Shown here one piece after another: positions 9,204 through 19,388 of a stretch of DNA of 64,000 bases (position 1 is the first letter of the stretch; each line of letters begins with the position of its first letter). The position numbers were made by a program, and so were the translations under genes. The notes under the pieces are model-generated. The model was given only the letters and a program-made list of their open reading frames with translations. It was not told the origin of the DNA and did no database searches. The stretch spans positions 76,161 to 140,160 of the forward strand of contig JAGOOG010000003.1 of the NCBI GenBank assembly GCA_017992605.1. Reading direction: 5' to 3'. The stretch comes from Deltaproteobacteria bacterium. Lineage in GTDB: Bacteria; Desulfobacterota; Desulfomonilia; UBA1062.

Positions 9204-11320
9204 TCCGTCACCACCCTGCACTGCAGCTGCCTGCTCACCGTCTCTCTCAGCTCCTTGATCCGGAAGGGCTTGCGCAGGTAGGTGACACCCGTGTTCTCCA
9301 GGAACTCCTTCACCTGGAAGTCGTAGGTGTCTCCGGTGATGAACATGAATCGCCTCTTCAGGCCGGGATTCCTCTTGACGGCCTCCGCGTAGAGCTCCAT
9401 GCCGTTCATCACCGGCATCCTGAGATCCGAGATGATGAGCTCCCACGAATATTCATCGATGTGGTCGTAGGCGGTCTTCCCGTTTTCGTACGTCATGACC
9501 GTATAGTACGGACTCAGGGAATCGACCATGAGGTCCAGCAGATCCTCCTCATCCTCCACGACCATGATGAGGCTCTTCCTGTTTTCATCATGGGCTGTCA
9601 ACGGAATGCTGTCCGGGCTCTCCGGCGATTGAACGGCCTCGGTCTCCCTGACGGCGGGAAGTCTCATGGTGGCCATCGCCCCGTTCACCGTGTTCTCCAG
9701 CGAGATCTCACCCTTGTGGTCGGTGATGATCCCGTAGCAGATGGACAGCCCGAGCCCGGTGCCCTTTTCCTTGGGCTTGGTGGTGAAAAACGGATCGAAT
9801 ATCTTCGACATGACGGCCTCGGGGATGCCGGGTCCGGTATCCTCTATGGAGACCTGTACATGGTCGTCCTTCTGGAGCGACCGCACCCATATGGTCCCCT
9901 GCTGCTCGTCGATGGCATCGATGGCATTGTTGATGAAGTTCACGAGCACCTGTTCCATGCAGTTCATGTCGGCCCTGATGTTCAGAGGGTCCAGGGGGTC
10001 TTCGTGAATGATCGTGATGCCGCGCTTCTTGATGATGGGGGAGTAGAGATTGATCGTCCTGCAGATGACCTCCCGCAGGTCGAAGATATTCTTTTCGGGG
10101 GGCTTGTTCCGTGAAAACTTGAGCAGAGACTCGACGATCCCCTTTGCCGCGGATGCCGCGTTGATGATGACCGAAAGCCGCTTCCGGTCGTGGGGGCCGA
10201 GGCTCTCCGCATCGATGAGGTCTGCAAAGCCCAGGATCGGGGTGAGCTTGTTGTTGAGCTCGTGCGCTATCCCTGAAGTCAGCAGTCCGAGCGAGGTGAG
10301 CTTCTCGGTCTGCATGGTCTTCTGCTCGATGCGTCTCTTGTCCGTGATATCACGCAGGATCATCAGGATCTGATCGTCACCGATGTACTTGATGAAGAAC
10401 TGGCAGATGATGTCCGCCCGGTCCCCGACCCTTGCGGCGAGATCGAAATCCAGCGAGCAGTCCCGGCCCACGCTCGATATCCTCTGGAGAACACTCGCCG
10501 CGGACTGCCCGTCAAATATGTCCGCAACGGTCAGCGGCGGCCTGGTCAGACGCTTCTGGAAGGCACTGTTGAGGAACGAAACCCTTCCTTGAGCGTCGAG
10601 GATGCAGATCATCTCCTCGGATGCGTCCACCACCGCCTTGTACCGCTCGGTGATGCTCCGCAGGGATTCGCTCTGTTCCTTGAGCTGCTCGTTGAGGTCC
10701 GAGTTCTTCCTCCGGAAGACCTCGTAGAGGTGCACGAGCGTGAGCAGCTGCCCGACGAGGAGCCCCAGGAGCTCGAACACCCTGATGTAGTGGACGCTGA
10801 AGAATGCCTTGGACGAATGGGAAAGATTCATGACCCCGAGCGTCCTGTTCCCCTCCTTGATGGGGACGCAGAGCATCGAGCCTATCCGGACCTTGGCGGT
10901 GTCCATCTTCATGAAAAACTCACAGTCCTCCACGTCTCTCACCAGGATGGTCCTGCCCTCCCTGGCGCAGGTCCCTGCCACGCCGTCGCCCACGGCCATG
11001 CTGACGTGCGGGTTGGTGGGGTTGATCGCCTTCCCCGATGCGGCCTTGAGGACTATGGACCCGCCCTCGACCATGAAGATAGACGCGTTCTCGCAGCGTG
11101 ATTCGCTGATGAGAACCCCCGTTACATAGGAGAAGAAATCGTCTTCCGGCGAGCCCCTGGATACGAACTCGGTGATCTCGAAAATGGAAGAGAGGATACC
11201 GACGGTGTATTCGTAGAAATCAGAGGCCTTGCCCAGGAGATCGAGGAGGATTTTCTCACGAGTCGATGCGGGCTCTGATGAATCGCCCCGTAGAGAGTTC
11301 AGGTCGTTCACGGCAGACAC
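9200..11320 (-). CDS. hybrid sensor histidine kinase (GAF-PAS-HisKA-HATPase-receiver)
   Basis: GAF-like N-terminus, PAS region (MICILDAQGRVSFLN), H-box GIAHELNNKLTPI, G-boxes DTGPGIP and GTGLGLS, C-terminal receiver LIISDLRMP ... LRKPF. Confidence 0.9.
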   Translation of the reverse strand: MSAVNDLNSLRGDSSEPASTREKILLDLLGKASDFYEYTVGILSSIFEITEFVSRGSPEDDFFSYVTGVLISESRCENASIFMVEGGSIVLKAASGKAINPTNPHVSMAVGDGVAGTCAREGRTILVRDVEDCEFFMKMDTAKVRIGSMLCVPIKEGNRTLGVMNLSHSSKAFFSVHYIRVFELLGLLVGQLLTLVHLYEVFRRKNSDLNEQLKEQSESLRSITERYKAVVDASEEMICILDAQGRVSFLNSAFQKRLTRPPLTVADIFDGQSAASVLQRISSVGRDCSLDFDLAARVGDRADIICQFFIKYIGDDQILMILRDITDKRRIEQKTMQTEKLTSLGLLTSGIAHELNNKLTPILGFADLIDAESLGPHDRKRLSVIINAASAAKGIVESLLKFSRNKPPEKNIFDLREVICRTINLYSPIIKKRGITIIHEDPLDPLNIRADMNCMEQVLVNFINNAIDAIDEQQGTIWVRSLQKDDHVQVSIEDTGPGIPEAVMSKIFDPFFTTKPKEKGTGLGLSICYGIITDHKGEISLENTVNGAMATMRLPAVRETEAVQSPESPDSIPLTAHDENRKSLIMVVEDEEDLLDLMVDSLSPYYTVMTYENGKTAYDHIDEYSWELIISDLRMPVMNGMELYAEAVKRNPGLKRRFMFITGDTYDFQVKEFLENTGVTYLRKPFRIKELRETVSRQLQCRVVTE

Positions 11321-11328
11321 AATGCCCC

Positions 11329-12135
11329 TTAGCCCAAGTTTTCGAATATGGCTGTGTTCGTTCTATACCTTTCCCGGACTGTATTTACAAGCCCTTTATA
11401 CTCAGCTCCGATGCACTTCCTGATGAGGTCTTCGCCCTCGAGTTCCTCGGAGATGAACCCTCTCTCGTGCTGAGCGATGACCTGGTCGGTGAGACCCACC
11501 AGGGCCGAAAGGCGGTCCGAGGGGTCGTGGTGGGAGCTGATGATCCTGATGACATCGGGCGGGAAATGCCATCGAGTGGCCACCATCGCACCTATGGAGC
11601 AGTGGTCCAGGCCGAAGATATCCCTCTCGAGGGCAGGATCAGGCCAGTACCCGCTGAAATCGCACAGGGGGACGTACTCGTCTGAGACCTTGGACAGCAG
11701 CACCATCCTGCCGAGATCATGGAGGAGGCCGCCCGTGAACAGACATTCCTTCTCCGGCTTGGATACACCGAGCAGGCCCGAGACAAAGGCAACGGCATGG
11801 GAATGTTTCCAGAGTCCCTTCATCAGGCAGATCTCGTTGCCGAAGGTCTCCATGACCGCCATGGACAGGGCGATGCACTTCACCATGTCGAGGCCGATGG
11901 TCATGAGCGCCTGCTGAATTCCCACATGCCGGTCCGCATGCCGGTAAAATGACGAGTTCGCCAGCTTGAGGACCTTTGCGGTCATGGCGGGGTCGCTCGA
12001 TACGACCCGCTCGATGCTCTCGATGGACGTCTCTTCGTCCTGAAGCACATGGAATATCCTCATGCGGCTCATCTCGAGGGTCGGGATGCTCTCGACATGA
12101 TGTTCGATCTTCTCCATGAGGCAGACCGGTTCCAT
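11329..12135 (-). CDS. HDOD domain signalling protein
   Basis: VVSSDPAMTAKVLKLANSSFY and GGLLHDLGRMVL motifs typical of HDOD. Located 8 nt upstream of the hybrid kinase. Confidence 0.85.
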   Translation of the reverse strand: MEPVCLMEKIEHHVESIPTLEMSRMRIFHVLQDEETSIESIERVVSSDPAMTAKVLKLANSSFYRHADRHVGIQQALMTIGLDMVKCIALSMAVMETFGNEICLMKGLWKHSHAVAFVSGLLGVSKPEKECLFTGGLLHDLGRMVLLSKVSDEYVPLCDFSGYWPDPALERDIFGLDHCSIGAMVATRWHFPPDVIRIISSHHDPSDRLSALVGLTDQVIAQHERGFISEELEGEDLIRKCIGAEYKGLVNTVRERYRTNTAIFENLG

Positions 12136-12234
12136 GCTTCGCTTTAACGGACTTTCCCGGAAAATTCTTTAAGGCGTCAAAGGAAAAAATAACTCTCATG
12201 ATTTGTTTACGGATTTCCGTTAGTATGGAGAGTG

Positions 12235-12262
12235 TTGTCACGGGAACAAAGCATGTTATTAT
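12235..12262 (+). promoter_or_regulatory. sigma-70-like promoter TTGTCA-16 nt-TATTAT
   Basis: -35 at 12235-12240 and -10 at 12257-12262, about 30 nt upstream of ATG 12292. AAAGGAG and GAAGGA lie in the leader. Confidence 0.4.
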
Positions 12263-12291
12263 GTGCGAGTAAAGGAGCAACGAAGGAACCG

Positions 12292-13209
12292 ATGGGCGCC
12301 TCCCTGGGGCAGAAGAAGACTCGTGTCCTGATCGTCGACGATGAGCAGGAAACTCTCGATCTCATAGCAGAATACCTGAAGGACCGGGGATTCGACATAA
12401 CCACGACCATGAGCGGGGAGGAGGCGGTTGCCATCGTCCAGAAGGATCTCTTCCATATCGCCGTCGTGGATCTGCACCTGCCGGGCATGACAGGCGCCGA
12501 ACTCCTCAGGTCCATGAAAAGTATCCGGCCCGATGTCCAGGTCGTCATGATCACCGGCTACGGGACCATACGGGATGCAGTGGAGTGCATGAAGCTGGGG
12601 GCATCGGACTTCATCACCAAACCCATCCTGCTGGACCACCTCCACCTCACCATGCGCAGGATCCTCGAGGAGGCCCGTCTCAAGGAGGAGGCGGAACTGG
12701 CGGATTACTACCGGAACCTCTCACGCACCGACGAACTCACCGGGCTGTACAATTTCCGCCATCTCATGACCGTGCTCAAGAGCGAGGTCTCGCGACATCT
12801 TCGTTACAGCAGGACGCTGTCTCTTGCCATGATCGACATAGACGACTTCAAGAGATTCAACGACGCAAAGGGTCATGAGGAGGGCAACGAACTCCTCTCC
12901 AACCTTTCCCATATATTCAAACACAACACCCGCAACTGCGACATCCTCGCGCGGTATGGCGGCGAGGAGTTCGTCATCATCTTCCCCGAGACCGCCATCG
13001 ATGAGGCACTGGTGGTGTCGCAGCGAATCTGCAGCACCGTGGTATCGACCCTGGGTGTCAGCGTGACCATAGGGCTCTCGAGCCTGCCACAGAACTCCAG
13101 CGATCCTCACGAGATCATCCGTATGGCCGATGCAGCCATGTACTGGGGAAAGACACACGGCAAGAATCAGATCGTGGTCTTCGAGGACGCGATGCTGACG
13201 TGCAGGTAG
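12292..13209 (+). CDS. response regulator-diguanylate cyclase (REC-GGDEF)
   Basis: [18 protein letters not shown] and ITKP define the receiver. Active-site [13 protein letters not shown] with RNCD (RxxD I-site) five residues upstream. Confidence 0.9.
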   Translation: MGASLGQKKTRVLIVDDEQETLDLIAEYLKDRGFDITTTMSGEEAVAIVQKDLFHIAVVDLHLPGMTGAELLRSMKSIRPDVQVVMITGYGTIRDAVECMKLGASDFITKPILLDHLHLTMRRILEEARLKEEAELADYYRNLSRTDELTGLYNFRHLMTVLKSEVSRHLRYSRTLSLAMIDIDDFKRFNDAKGHEEGNELLSNLSHIFKHNTRNCDILARYGGEEFVIIFPETAIDEALVVSQRICSTVVSTLGVSVTIGLSSLPQNSSDPHEIIRMADAAMYWGKTHGKNQIVVFEDAMLTCR

Positions 13210-13838
13210 AGATCCCCTGCCCTGCTCAGGGGATTCTTTCTCCCCATGCCCTGGATCCTGAGCACCACCCCGCCGGTCGTGCTCCGGGGTATCTTCACCT
13301 TGATGGAGCGCCTGAACAGGCCGGGTCTGTATTCCAGCGTCACGTAGCCGCCGGTCAGCGCAATGGTGTCGGGGACATCGAGGTTCTCGTGCATGTCCAT
13401 GACCCTATGAAACACCCTGTCCATCCTCTGGACTGCCAGACGCACCATTGAGCGTCTGAGGACCTCCCCGGGCGTCCCTCCCACCACCAGGGCCTCGTAG
13501 GCTATGACACGGCTGATGTTCAGTATCCTTTCGATCCATTCCTTCCTGATCGGCAGATCGTCGAAGACATCCCGGAAATCGGACCGCGAGAAGATGTCGT
13601 CGAAGACCGTATCACGGTTGAAGGCGAATCCGCGCTCCCTGTCGTAGGTGCGCCGCTTCACGGGGTCGATGAGCACACCGTAGGCCTCGGTGATCTCCTT
13701 GAAGGCTTCCGCGGTTGACGGGTCCTCCCGGTTTCGGTCCGGGTGGAACTTCATGGCGAGCATGCGGTAGCTCTTCTTGATCTCCTGGGATGTCGCATCC
13801 CTCGATACACCCAGTATACGGTAGTAATCCTTGGACAT
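13167..13838 (-). CDS. J-domain (DnaJ-like) protein with a single DnaJ C-terminal-type beta domain
   Basis: DYYRILGV ... KFHPDRN (HPD motif). C-terminus [10 protein letters not shown]...GDLYLHV resembles a DnaJ CTD. No Zn-finger region. Confidence 0.8.
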   Translation of the reverse strand: MSKDYYRILGVSRDATSQEIKKSYRMLAMKFHPDRNREDPSTAEAFKEITEAYGVLIDPVKRRTYDRERGFAFNRDTVFDDIFSRSDFRDVFDDLPIRKEWIERILNISRVIAYEALVVGGTPGEVLRRSMVRLAVQRMDRVFHRVMDMHENLDVPDTIALTGGYVTLEYRPGLFRRSIKVKIPRSTTGGVVLRIQGMGRKNPLSRAGDLYLHVSIASSKTTI

Positions 13839-13868
13839 AGCAGCGTATCCCCGACAGAGGTCGGCCTG

Positions 13869-14519
13869 CTACCGGAAGGACTGGATGAATGTCTCTTCGG
13901 GTAGCGAAACCGCTGTCAAGCACCCGCCATAGACCGCCCCGGTATCGATGCCGATCTTGTCCGGTTTCACCAGAGGCCTGGCAAAGGGCGTGTGCCCGAA
14001 CACCACTTTCCGGGGTACATTGGTGGGAGAAGAGATGAATTCGTCCCTTATCCAGATGATGTCCTGTCTGTCCTGTCCGTTCATTTCCACCCCCGGCCTG
14101 ATGCCCGCATGAACATACAGGTAGTGATCGTCCATGTGATACCATTGCAGGCGTGAGAAGAAATCCCGGTGAGAGTCGGGGATGACGCGGGCAACCTGGT
14201 CCCGCGAGGTGTACGGCTCGGGCCTGGCATAGGCCTCCACGGTCTTTCTCCCGCCGTTGGCGAAAAAGACCTTCTGGTTTGTTCCGAACTCGAGGAACGA
14301 GAGAAACATGTCTTCGTGATTCCCCCTGAGAAAGACACAGGGGAACCTGAGAGCCAGCTCGATGAGGAAGTCGATGACCTCAAAGACGCTCTCTCCACGG
14401 TCCACATAGTCTCCGAGGAAAACAAGGCGGTCCCCAGGCCCTGGGTCGATGCGGGAGACGAGATCCTCGAGCTTGTCGAGGCATCCGTGAATGTCTCCGA
14501 TGGCAAAGGTTCTGTTCAT
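13869..14519 (-). CDS. metallophosphoesterase (PrpA/ApaH-like Ser/Thr phosphatase family)
   Basis: GDIHGC, GDYVDRG and GNHE motifs. ATG 14519 (MNRTFAIGDIHG) chosen inside ORF 13869..14549. Confidence 0.85.
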   Translation of the reverse strand: MNRTFAIGDIHGCLDKLEDLVSRIDPGPGDRLVFLGDYVDRGESVFEVIDFLIELALRFPCVFLRGNHEDMFLSFLEFGTNQKVFFANGGRKTVEAYARPEPYTSRDQVARVIPDSHRDFFSRLQWYHMDDHYLYVHAGIRPGVEMNGQDRQDIIWIRDEFISSPTNVPRKVVFGHTPFARPLVKPDKIGIDTGAVYGGCLTAVSLPEETFIQSFR

Positions 14520-14564
14520 GGGTTGTGATCCGACGTGCCCGAACATCATGTATGGGGCCTGCGC

Positions 14565-16223
14565 CTATTGAAGGGCCTTCCTGAGTTTGATGGTCTCGAT
14601 GCTTAGCTCGGGGATCTTCTCGCCGGCGACCTTGGACCGGGGGTCGATGCCCTTGGCCGTCTTGTAGGCCTCGAGGGCCTTAGTCAGGTCGTCGAGCCTT
14701 CCCCGGGTATCCCGCGCAGCCGCCCTGGATTCATAGGCATAGGCCAGCGTGATGGCCACATCATGATCCTTGTTCTTGCTCAGGTACATCCTGCAGGCGT
14801 CGATGATCCTGTCCTGGTCCTTGAGCCCGACAGCCGCGCTCAGGAGCCCCTTCAGGTTTTCCTTGTCCGAGCTCTTCTTCAGCAGGGCCGTGTAGTGCCC
14901 GTGGGCTTCCCGGTACCGCCCGAGCTTGAGGGAGGTTCTCGCGGCTCCCTTGAGGGAGTCGAGATCTCCGGCCTTCGTCTGGAGGACCTTTGCATAGGCA
15001 TCCAGGGCCCCCTTGAGGTCCCCCTGCTTCTCCCGCGCGACGCCCAGGTTATACCAGAGCACGCTGTTTCCCGGTGAAAGCTCGACGGCCCTCTTGTAAT
15101 AATCCACCTGAGACTTGGTGTCGCCGAGTCTTCCCATGACCATGGCGAGCTGGGCCACGGCATTCCTGTCCTTGGGGTAGAGCTGGACATACCGTTGCAG
15201 GAGATCGCGCGCCTTCGCATAATCCTTTTTCCCGAGCGACTCCTTGATGAGCGGAACCAGGATCTCCCTGTCGCTTGCCGTACCGGACGCCGACTTGTAC
15301 ACGTCCAGGGCCTGCCCACCGAGTCCTGCCTGTTCGTAGGTCTTTGCCAGGTCGACGACTATGTCGTCGTTGCCGGGATCGAGTTCAAGCGCCTTCTTGA
15401 GGTATGCAACCCGTCCCTCGAAATCCCCCTTTTCTCCGGCGAGGTATGCCATGCGCCGGTAGAGAGGGGCATCCGCCTCACCGGCCGCCTCGATCCTCCT
15501 GCAGGCGTCCATGGCATCTTCGAATCTCCTCAGTTTGATGTAATATCGCGAGAGGTTGGACAGGGCACCCATGTTCGCGGGGTCCGCATCGGAGACGGCC
15601 TTGTAGATCGCTATCAGGGAATGGTACTCCTCCTTGGCGCTCAGGAGCTTGTCCAGCATTTCGAGAAACTGTTCATTCTTCGGGAATCTCGCGTGGGCCG
15701 ACCTCAGGATGGGGATCCTTTCCTCGTCGCTTGCCGCGGCATTGAGTTGGTCCTGGAAATCCTCCTCGGACAGCTCCATCTCGAGGGGGACTTTGGCTAT
15801 GCTGCGGTCGATGTAGAAAATGTTGATGGGCACGGATCGTATCCCGGCACCCATGAGCTGATCCCTGATCTCTGCCGTATCGATGGGTTCGTTCAGGTCG
15901 TTCGGTTTGCCGAACCCCTCCACGTCTGCGCCCAGGTAGGAATCGAAGAAGGTGTTCGCATGAACCCTCCTGATGATGAGGGTCTCTCCCCCTTTTATCT
16001 TGAGCGTTTCCCCGGCCTTCACGACCTGGGGGACCCCCTCGACGTCGGCCTCCATGGACATGAAACGAGGGGGTTTCCTGAAAATGAATGATATGGTGGC
16101 TTCCCTGAGCAGCCCGATGCGGCCGCCTATGGGCACAATCAGGAACAGTGCCAAGGTGATGGCGATCACCACGATGATAACTATGACAGTGCTTCCCCTG
16201 GTCCGCGAGCGTGACATCACCAT
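14565..16223 (-). CDS. membrane-anchored TPR-repeat protein
   Basis: N-terminal helix VIVIIVVIAITLALFLIV, then many 34-aa TPR-like units (A..Y.KA.ELDP, Y.RAVELSPGN). Confidence 0.75.
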   Translation of the reverse strand: MVMSRSRTRGSTVIVIIVVIAITLALFLIVPIGGRIGLLREATISFIFRKPPRFMSMEADVEGVPQVVKAGETLKIKGGETLIIRRVHANTFFDSYLGADVEGFGKPNDLNEPIDTAEIRDQLMGAGIRSVPINIFYIDRSIAKVPLEMELSEEDFQDQLNAAASDEERIPILRSAHARFPKNEQFLEMLDKLLSAKEEYHSLIAIYKAVSDADPANMGALSNLSRYYIKLRRFEDAMDACRRIEAAGEADAPLYRRMAYLAGEKGDFEGRVAYLKKALELDPGNDDIVVDLAKTYEQAGLGGQALDVYKSASGTASDREILVPLIKESLGKKDYAKARDLLQRYVQLYPKDRNAVAQLAMVMGRLGDTKSQVDYYKRAVELSPGNSVLWYNLGVAREKQGDLKGALDAYAKVLQTKAGDLDSLKGAARTSLKLGRYREAHGHYTALLKKSSDKENLKGLLSAAVGLKDQDRIIDACRMYLSKNKDHDVAITLAYAYESRAAARDTRGRLDDLTKALEAYKTAKGIDPRSKVAGEKIPELSIETIKLRKALQ

Positions 16224-16533
16224 TGGATGGATGTATTATCAAGTTATCCATAGGTTGTCCATGGACATTTTACACAGTCTCTCCCGGACCGATCCCTGTG
16301 TTCCATCATGCCTTGACCGGGATCCCACAACCATGATAGGGAATAGGCATGTAATGGGATTGTTTGTTTCATGGAGGTACCGGCAACACTGCTAGGCTTC
16401 AGGGCGGGACGACACGTGTCCGGACGCTGCCCTGATCAGGAAGCTTCTCTCCTTCGACCGTCCCGGCGCCTCCCAGACTTCAGCCCTCCACGCGTGCAGA
16501 GATTTTGTGTACCTCGGCAGAAGTGAGGTCTTC

Positions 16534-17220
16534 ATGGACAGGGGTATGAGTCTGGTGGAGCTGATTATTGCACTGGCGTGCTCATCCATACTGGCGCTCG
16601 CGTTGTACCATGTGTATCGCGTATCTGCTGTATCACACGGACAGATGAGGGAGGCATGGCACTGCATGCAGTCGCTGCGCCGGGCCGCGACCCAGTTGAA
16701 CGCCGACCTCGTGCAGAGGGCGTGCCTGCTTCCCAGGGATCTGGGCGTAAGAGTCGAGGGTTCCCACCTCTATATCGCAGGTATTCCAACCACGTCCCAG
16801 CACCCGGGCATCTGCGTGTCCACGTCCGCACCGCCGCCCTACTATTCACTTGTCGCCTCATCGAGCGGGTGGGACATCGTGCTCGACACCACCGACATCG
16901 ACGGGGATACCCGCCCCGACTACTGGGCGGACCTCGGCATGATAACGGACAGCTCTGCCTGCACAATCGGCCACGGGTACATCCGGGGCACCCCGGTCAT
17001 ACCCGTCGCGGCAGGCCTGGCACCCAAACCGGGAGACAGGGCCGTACCCGCCATCCACTACGAGCTCAAGGACGACGGACTCTACCGGAACAACCAGCTC
17101 CTCGCCGAAGCCGTCGTAGAATTCAATCCCCGTATCGCAAACCATGAAATAATCATACAGATGAGGTCCCGTTACCATGAAACAGACAAGGTCATCTCCC
17201 TGTCCAGCCCCATTGAATGA
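16534..17220 (+). CDS. prepilin-type N-terminal cleavage/methylation domain protein (minor pilin or pseudopilin-like)
   Basis: MDRG|MSLVELIIALACSSILALALY has a short leader ending in Gly, Glu at +5 and a hydrophobic helix. GAGG lies 5 nt before ATG 16534. Confidence 0.65.
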   Translation: MDRGMSLVELIIALACSSILALALYHVYRVSAVSHGQMREAWHCMQSLRRAATQLNADLVQRACLLPRDLGVRVEGSHLYIAGIPTTSQHPGICVSTSAPPPYYSLVASSSGWDIVLDTTDIDGDTRPDYWADLGMITDSSACTIGHGYIRGTPVIPVAAGLAPKPGDRAVPAIHYELKDDGLYRNNQLLAEAVVEFNPRIANHEIIIQMRSRYHETDKVISLSSPIE

Positions 17221-19327
17221 ACAGGGCTGGGTCATCGCCCTGGTGCTCATGATCCTGGCCGTGACCATGGGCCTCGCCATGGCATCGGCATCGCTGGTTC
17301 TGTTTCACATGAAGTCGAGCCACGCCTTCTTGCGCATCATGCAGGACACCTTTCTCTCCACCAGAGACGGCGGCACCTTTTCCGGCGGCGCAACTCTCCT
17401 CGACGCTCCCGAAGGGTGGGACCACATCCACTTCTCAACCAGGCTCACGGATCAGGGTGTGGACAATGCACGGACGTATTCATGGCGGGTGGCACTGCGC
17501 AACCGCTGCATGACCATCCAGGGACAGTCGCTTCTCCCTTCCCTGCGTCCTTATATCATCGTTCTCATCGACGACTCCCTGTCCATGACCATATCCTCGG
17601 GGCACGATTACTGCGATGACGCACTCTACCTGAAGCGCCCCGCAGGCGACATCACCCTCGTGTCCGCCTGCTGCGAGATCGCTGACACCCATGCATGCGC
17701 CCGAGGGGTCTATTTCAGGGGGAGGTGGGGAAATACCAACGAGAGGGCACCCTCCTCGAACGGCCTGCACGGAGCCATGCCCGTGTGGACCCACGCCTTC
17801 TCCCAAGCCCGCGCCCTGATAGACTCGCTGGACCAGTGCGAAGTTGCGGTGGTGAGCACCTCACGCGGCCCGATCCAGCAGTTCACCCACGACGGTCGCG
17901 AGATCATGCGGGCAATGAACTCTCTCGCGCCGACCTCGACTGAAGCCCCTCTGGCGGAATCTCTGTATCACGCATGCGGGACCTTCCCTTCCGACTGCAT
18001 AACCCGCAGACACATCCTGGTCGTGACGGCCGGCCTTCCCGTCAACGACGGTCATCTCCCCGCATGGCTCAGAGACTATGATCACGACGATAACCCTGCT
18101 GATGCGGCATTCGATGGAGCGGGATCCCATTGCCTCGACGATGTTGCAACCTATGCCGCGTCTCTGGGGATAACCGTCCACGTCATGGGACCAGACACCG
18201 GTTTCCTCAGGGATGTGGCTGCCAGCGGCGGCGGCCGTTTCATGCCGGCCCGGGATGATCTTGCCCCGGCAGACACCACGGTGACCGCCCCGCTCGCCAT
18301 GCACCAGGGAGCGCATCATGTCCTGTCCAATGCACGCGCATGCTTCTGCCCGGCATGGCTCGAACACGATACGGGCCCTCATGTTCGACAGAACATCACG
18401 GACCCCCTGGAGAGTGTTTCCTGCCCGGACATCCCCATTACGGGCATCGTTCTGTCCTGCGTATATGACGAATCGTCCCTGTTCTGCACCACCTCTCGCG
18501 ACCAGACCATCGGGATCGACATTGCCGGACGAGATCTTTCATGGCTGTACCAAGGGGTGGGAGGGACCGTACTCCCCGCCGGCGGCGACCTCGTGGTGGG
18601 TCCGGGCAGGGACGGGTGGGTCTCGAGCCTCACCCGGGACGGGCATCTCCGCTGGCAGCAGCAGGGCACCTGCACGGACGCGTCCGAATCGCATGTCTAC
18701 ATCGGGACAGGGTCCCTTCTCCAGGCCTTCACCCTTGCAGACGGTTTCCCGGTTGCCATGTACGACACCGGCTGCGAGATCTCGGTCATCCGTTTCGATC
18801 CCGTCACCGGCACCGTCATTGCAGGCACGGCAGACGGCCTCGTGTTTCTCTTCGATCAGGACCTCGTCCACACAGGATTCCTGTCAACAGGCACGGGAGA
18901 TGCCGTCATTGAGATCAGGCCATACACCCTGCACAGGACATTTCATGTCCTGGCACTGAGCAGACGCAGACTCATGAGTTTCACGAACTCCGGCCTTCTG
19001 TGGTCCGTCTCCCTGGACGAGGGAGCACCTGTCGGCATAACGGTCATGGCTGGGCACATCTTTGTGGTGGTATGGAATGGCGCAGTCCCGTGCCTGGGCC
19101 TGGATTCGGGCCTCTCCACCCTGCTGGAGTTCGATGCATCGACCGGTGAGCCTATGAGTTCAGAGACCGTGTGCACCGGTATGGCCTTCGGGCCGAGCCT
19201 CGACCTGGAAAACGCATCCATGAAGTTTGTCTCGTCGGGGGGCCAGATCATGGACAGGGATATTTCTTCCCTTCCGGGGATCTTGTCCAGCCCATTGGGG
19301 AAAAAACTCATAAGACAATCCGAGTAG
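17177..19327 (+). CDS. PilX-N-like anchor + von Willebrand A domain + PQQ/BamB-like beta-propeller protein (PilY1-like architecture)
   Basis: N-terminus EQGWVIALVLMILAVTMGLAMA. MIDAS-type IIVLIDDSLSM plus HILVVTAGLP. C-terminal repeats RDGHLRW, TGTVIAGTADGLVFLFD and SGLLWSV. 44-nt overlap with the prepilin gene. Confidence 0.6.
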   Translation: MKQTRSSPCPAPLNEQGWVIALVLMILAVTMGLAMASASLVLFHMKSSHAFLRIMQDTFLSTRDGGTFSGGATLLDAPEGWDHIHFSTRLTDQGVDNARTYSWRVALRNRCMTIQGQSLLPSLRPYIIVLIDDSLSMTISSGHDYCDDALYLKRPAGDITLVSACCEIADTHACARGVYFRGRWGNTNERAPSSNGLHGAMPVWTHAFSQARALIDSLDQCEVAVVSTSRGPIQQFTHDGREIMRAMNSLAPTSTEAPLAESLYHACGTFPSDCITRRHILVVTAGLPVNDGHLPAWLRDYDHDDNPADAAFDGAGSHCLDDVATYAASLGITVHVMGPDTGFLRDVAASGGGRFMPARDDLAPADTTVTAPLAMHQGAHHVLSNARACFCPAWLEHDTGPHVRQNITDPLESVSCPDIPITGIVLSCVYDESSLFCTTSRDQTIGIDIAGRDLSWLYQGVGGTVLPAGGDLVVGPGRDGWVSSLTRDGHLRWQQQGTCTDASESHVYIGTGSLLQAFTLADGFPVAMYDTGCEISVIRFDPVTGTVIAGTADGLVFLFDQDLVHTGFLSTGTGDAVIEIRPYTLHRTFHVLALSRRRLMSFTNSGLLWSVSLDEGAPVGITVMAGHIFVVVWNGAVPCLGLDSGLSTLLEFDASTGEPMSSETVCTGMAFGPSLDLENASMKFVSSGGQIMDRDISSLPGILSSPLGKKLIRQSE

Positions 19328-19351
19328 GTTCCGGTCCTCCCGGAATTTATT
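19327..19351 (+). terminator. intrinsic terminator-like hairpin after the vWA/propeller gene
   Basis: GGTTCCGG-tcctc-CCGGAATT followed by TTTATT. Sits between the convergent genes ending at 19327 and 19389. Confidence 0.5.
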
Positions 19352-19388
19352 CGCAGAGCCGGTGATCCTGGCCCTGTGAGCCGGGGGA

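Noticed and set aside
16257-16266. Perfect 10-bp palindrome GTCCATGGAC upstream of the TPR gene start
   Set aside because: It is a single short palindrome with no repeat partner and no convincing promoter alignment, so it is insufficient to call an operator.
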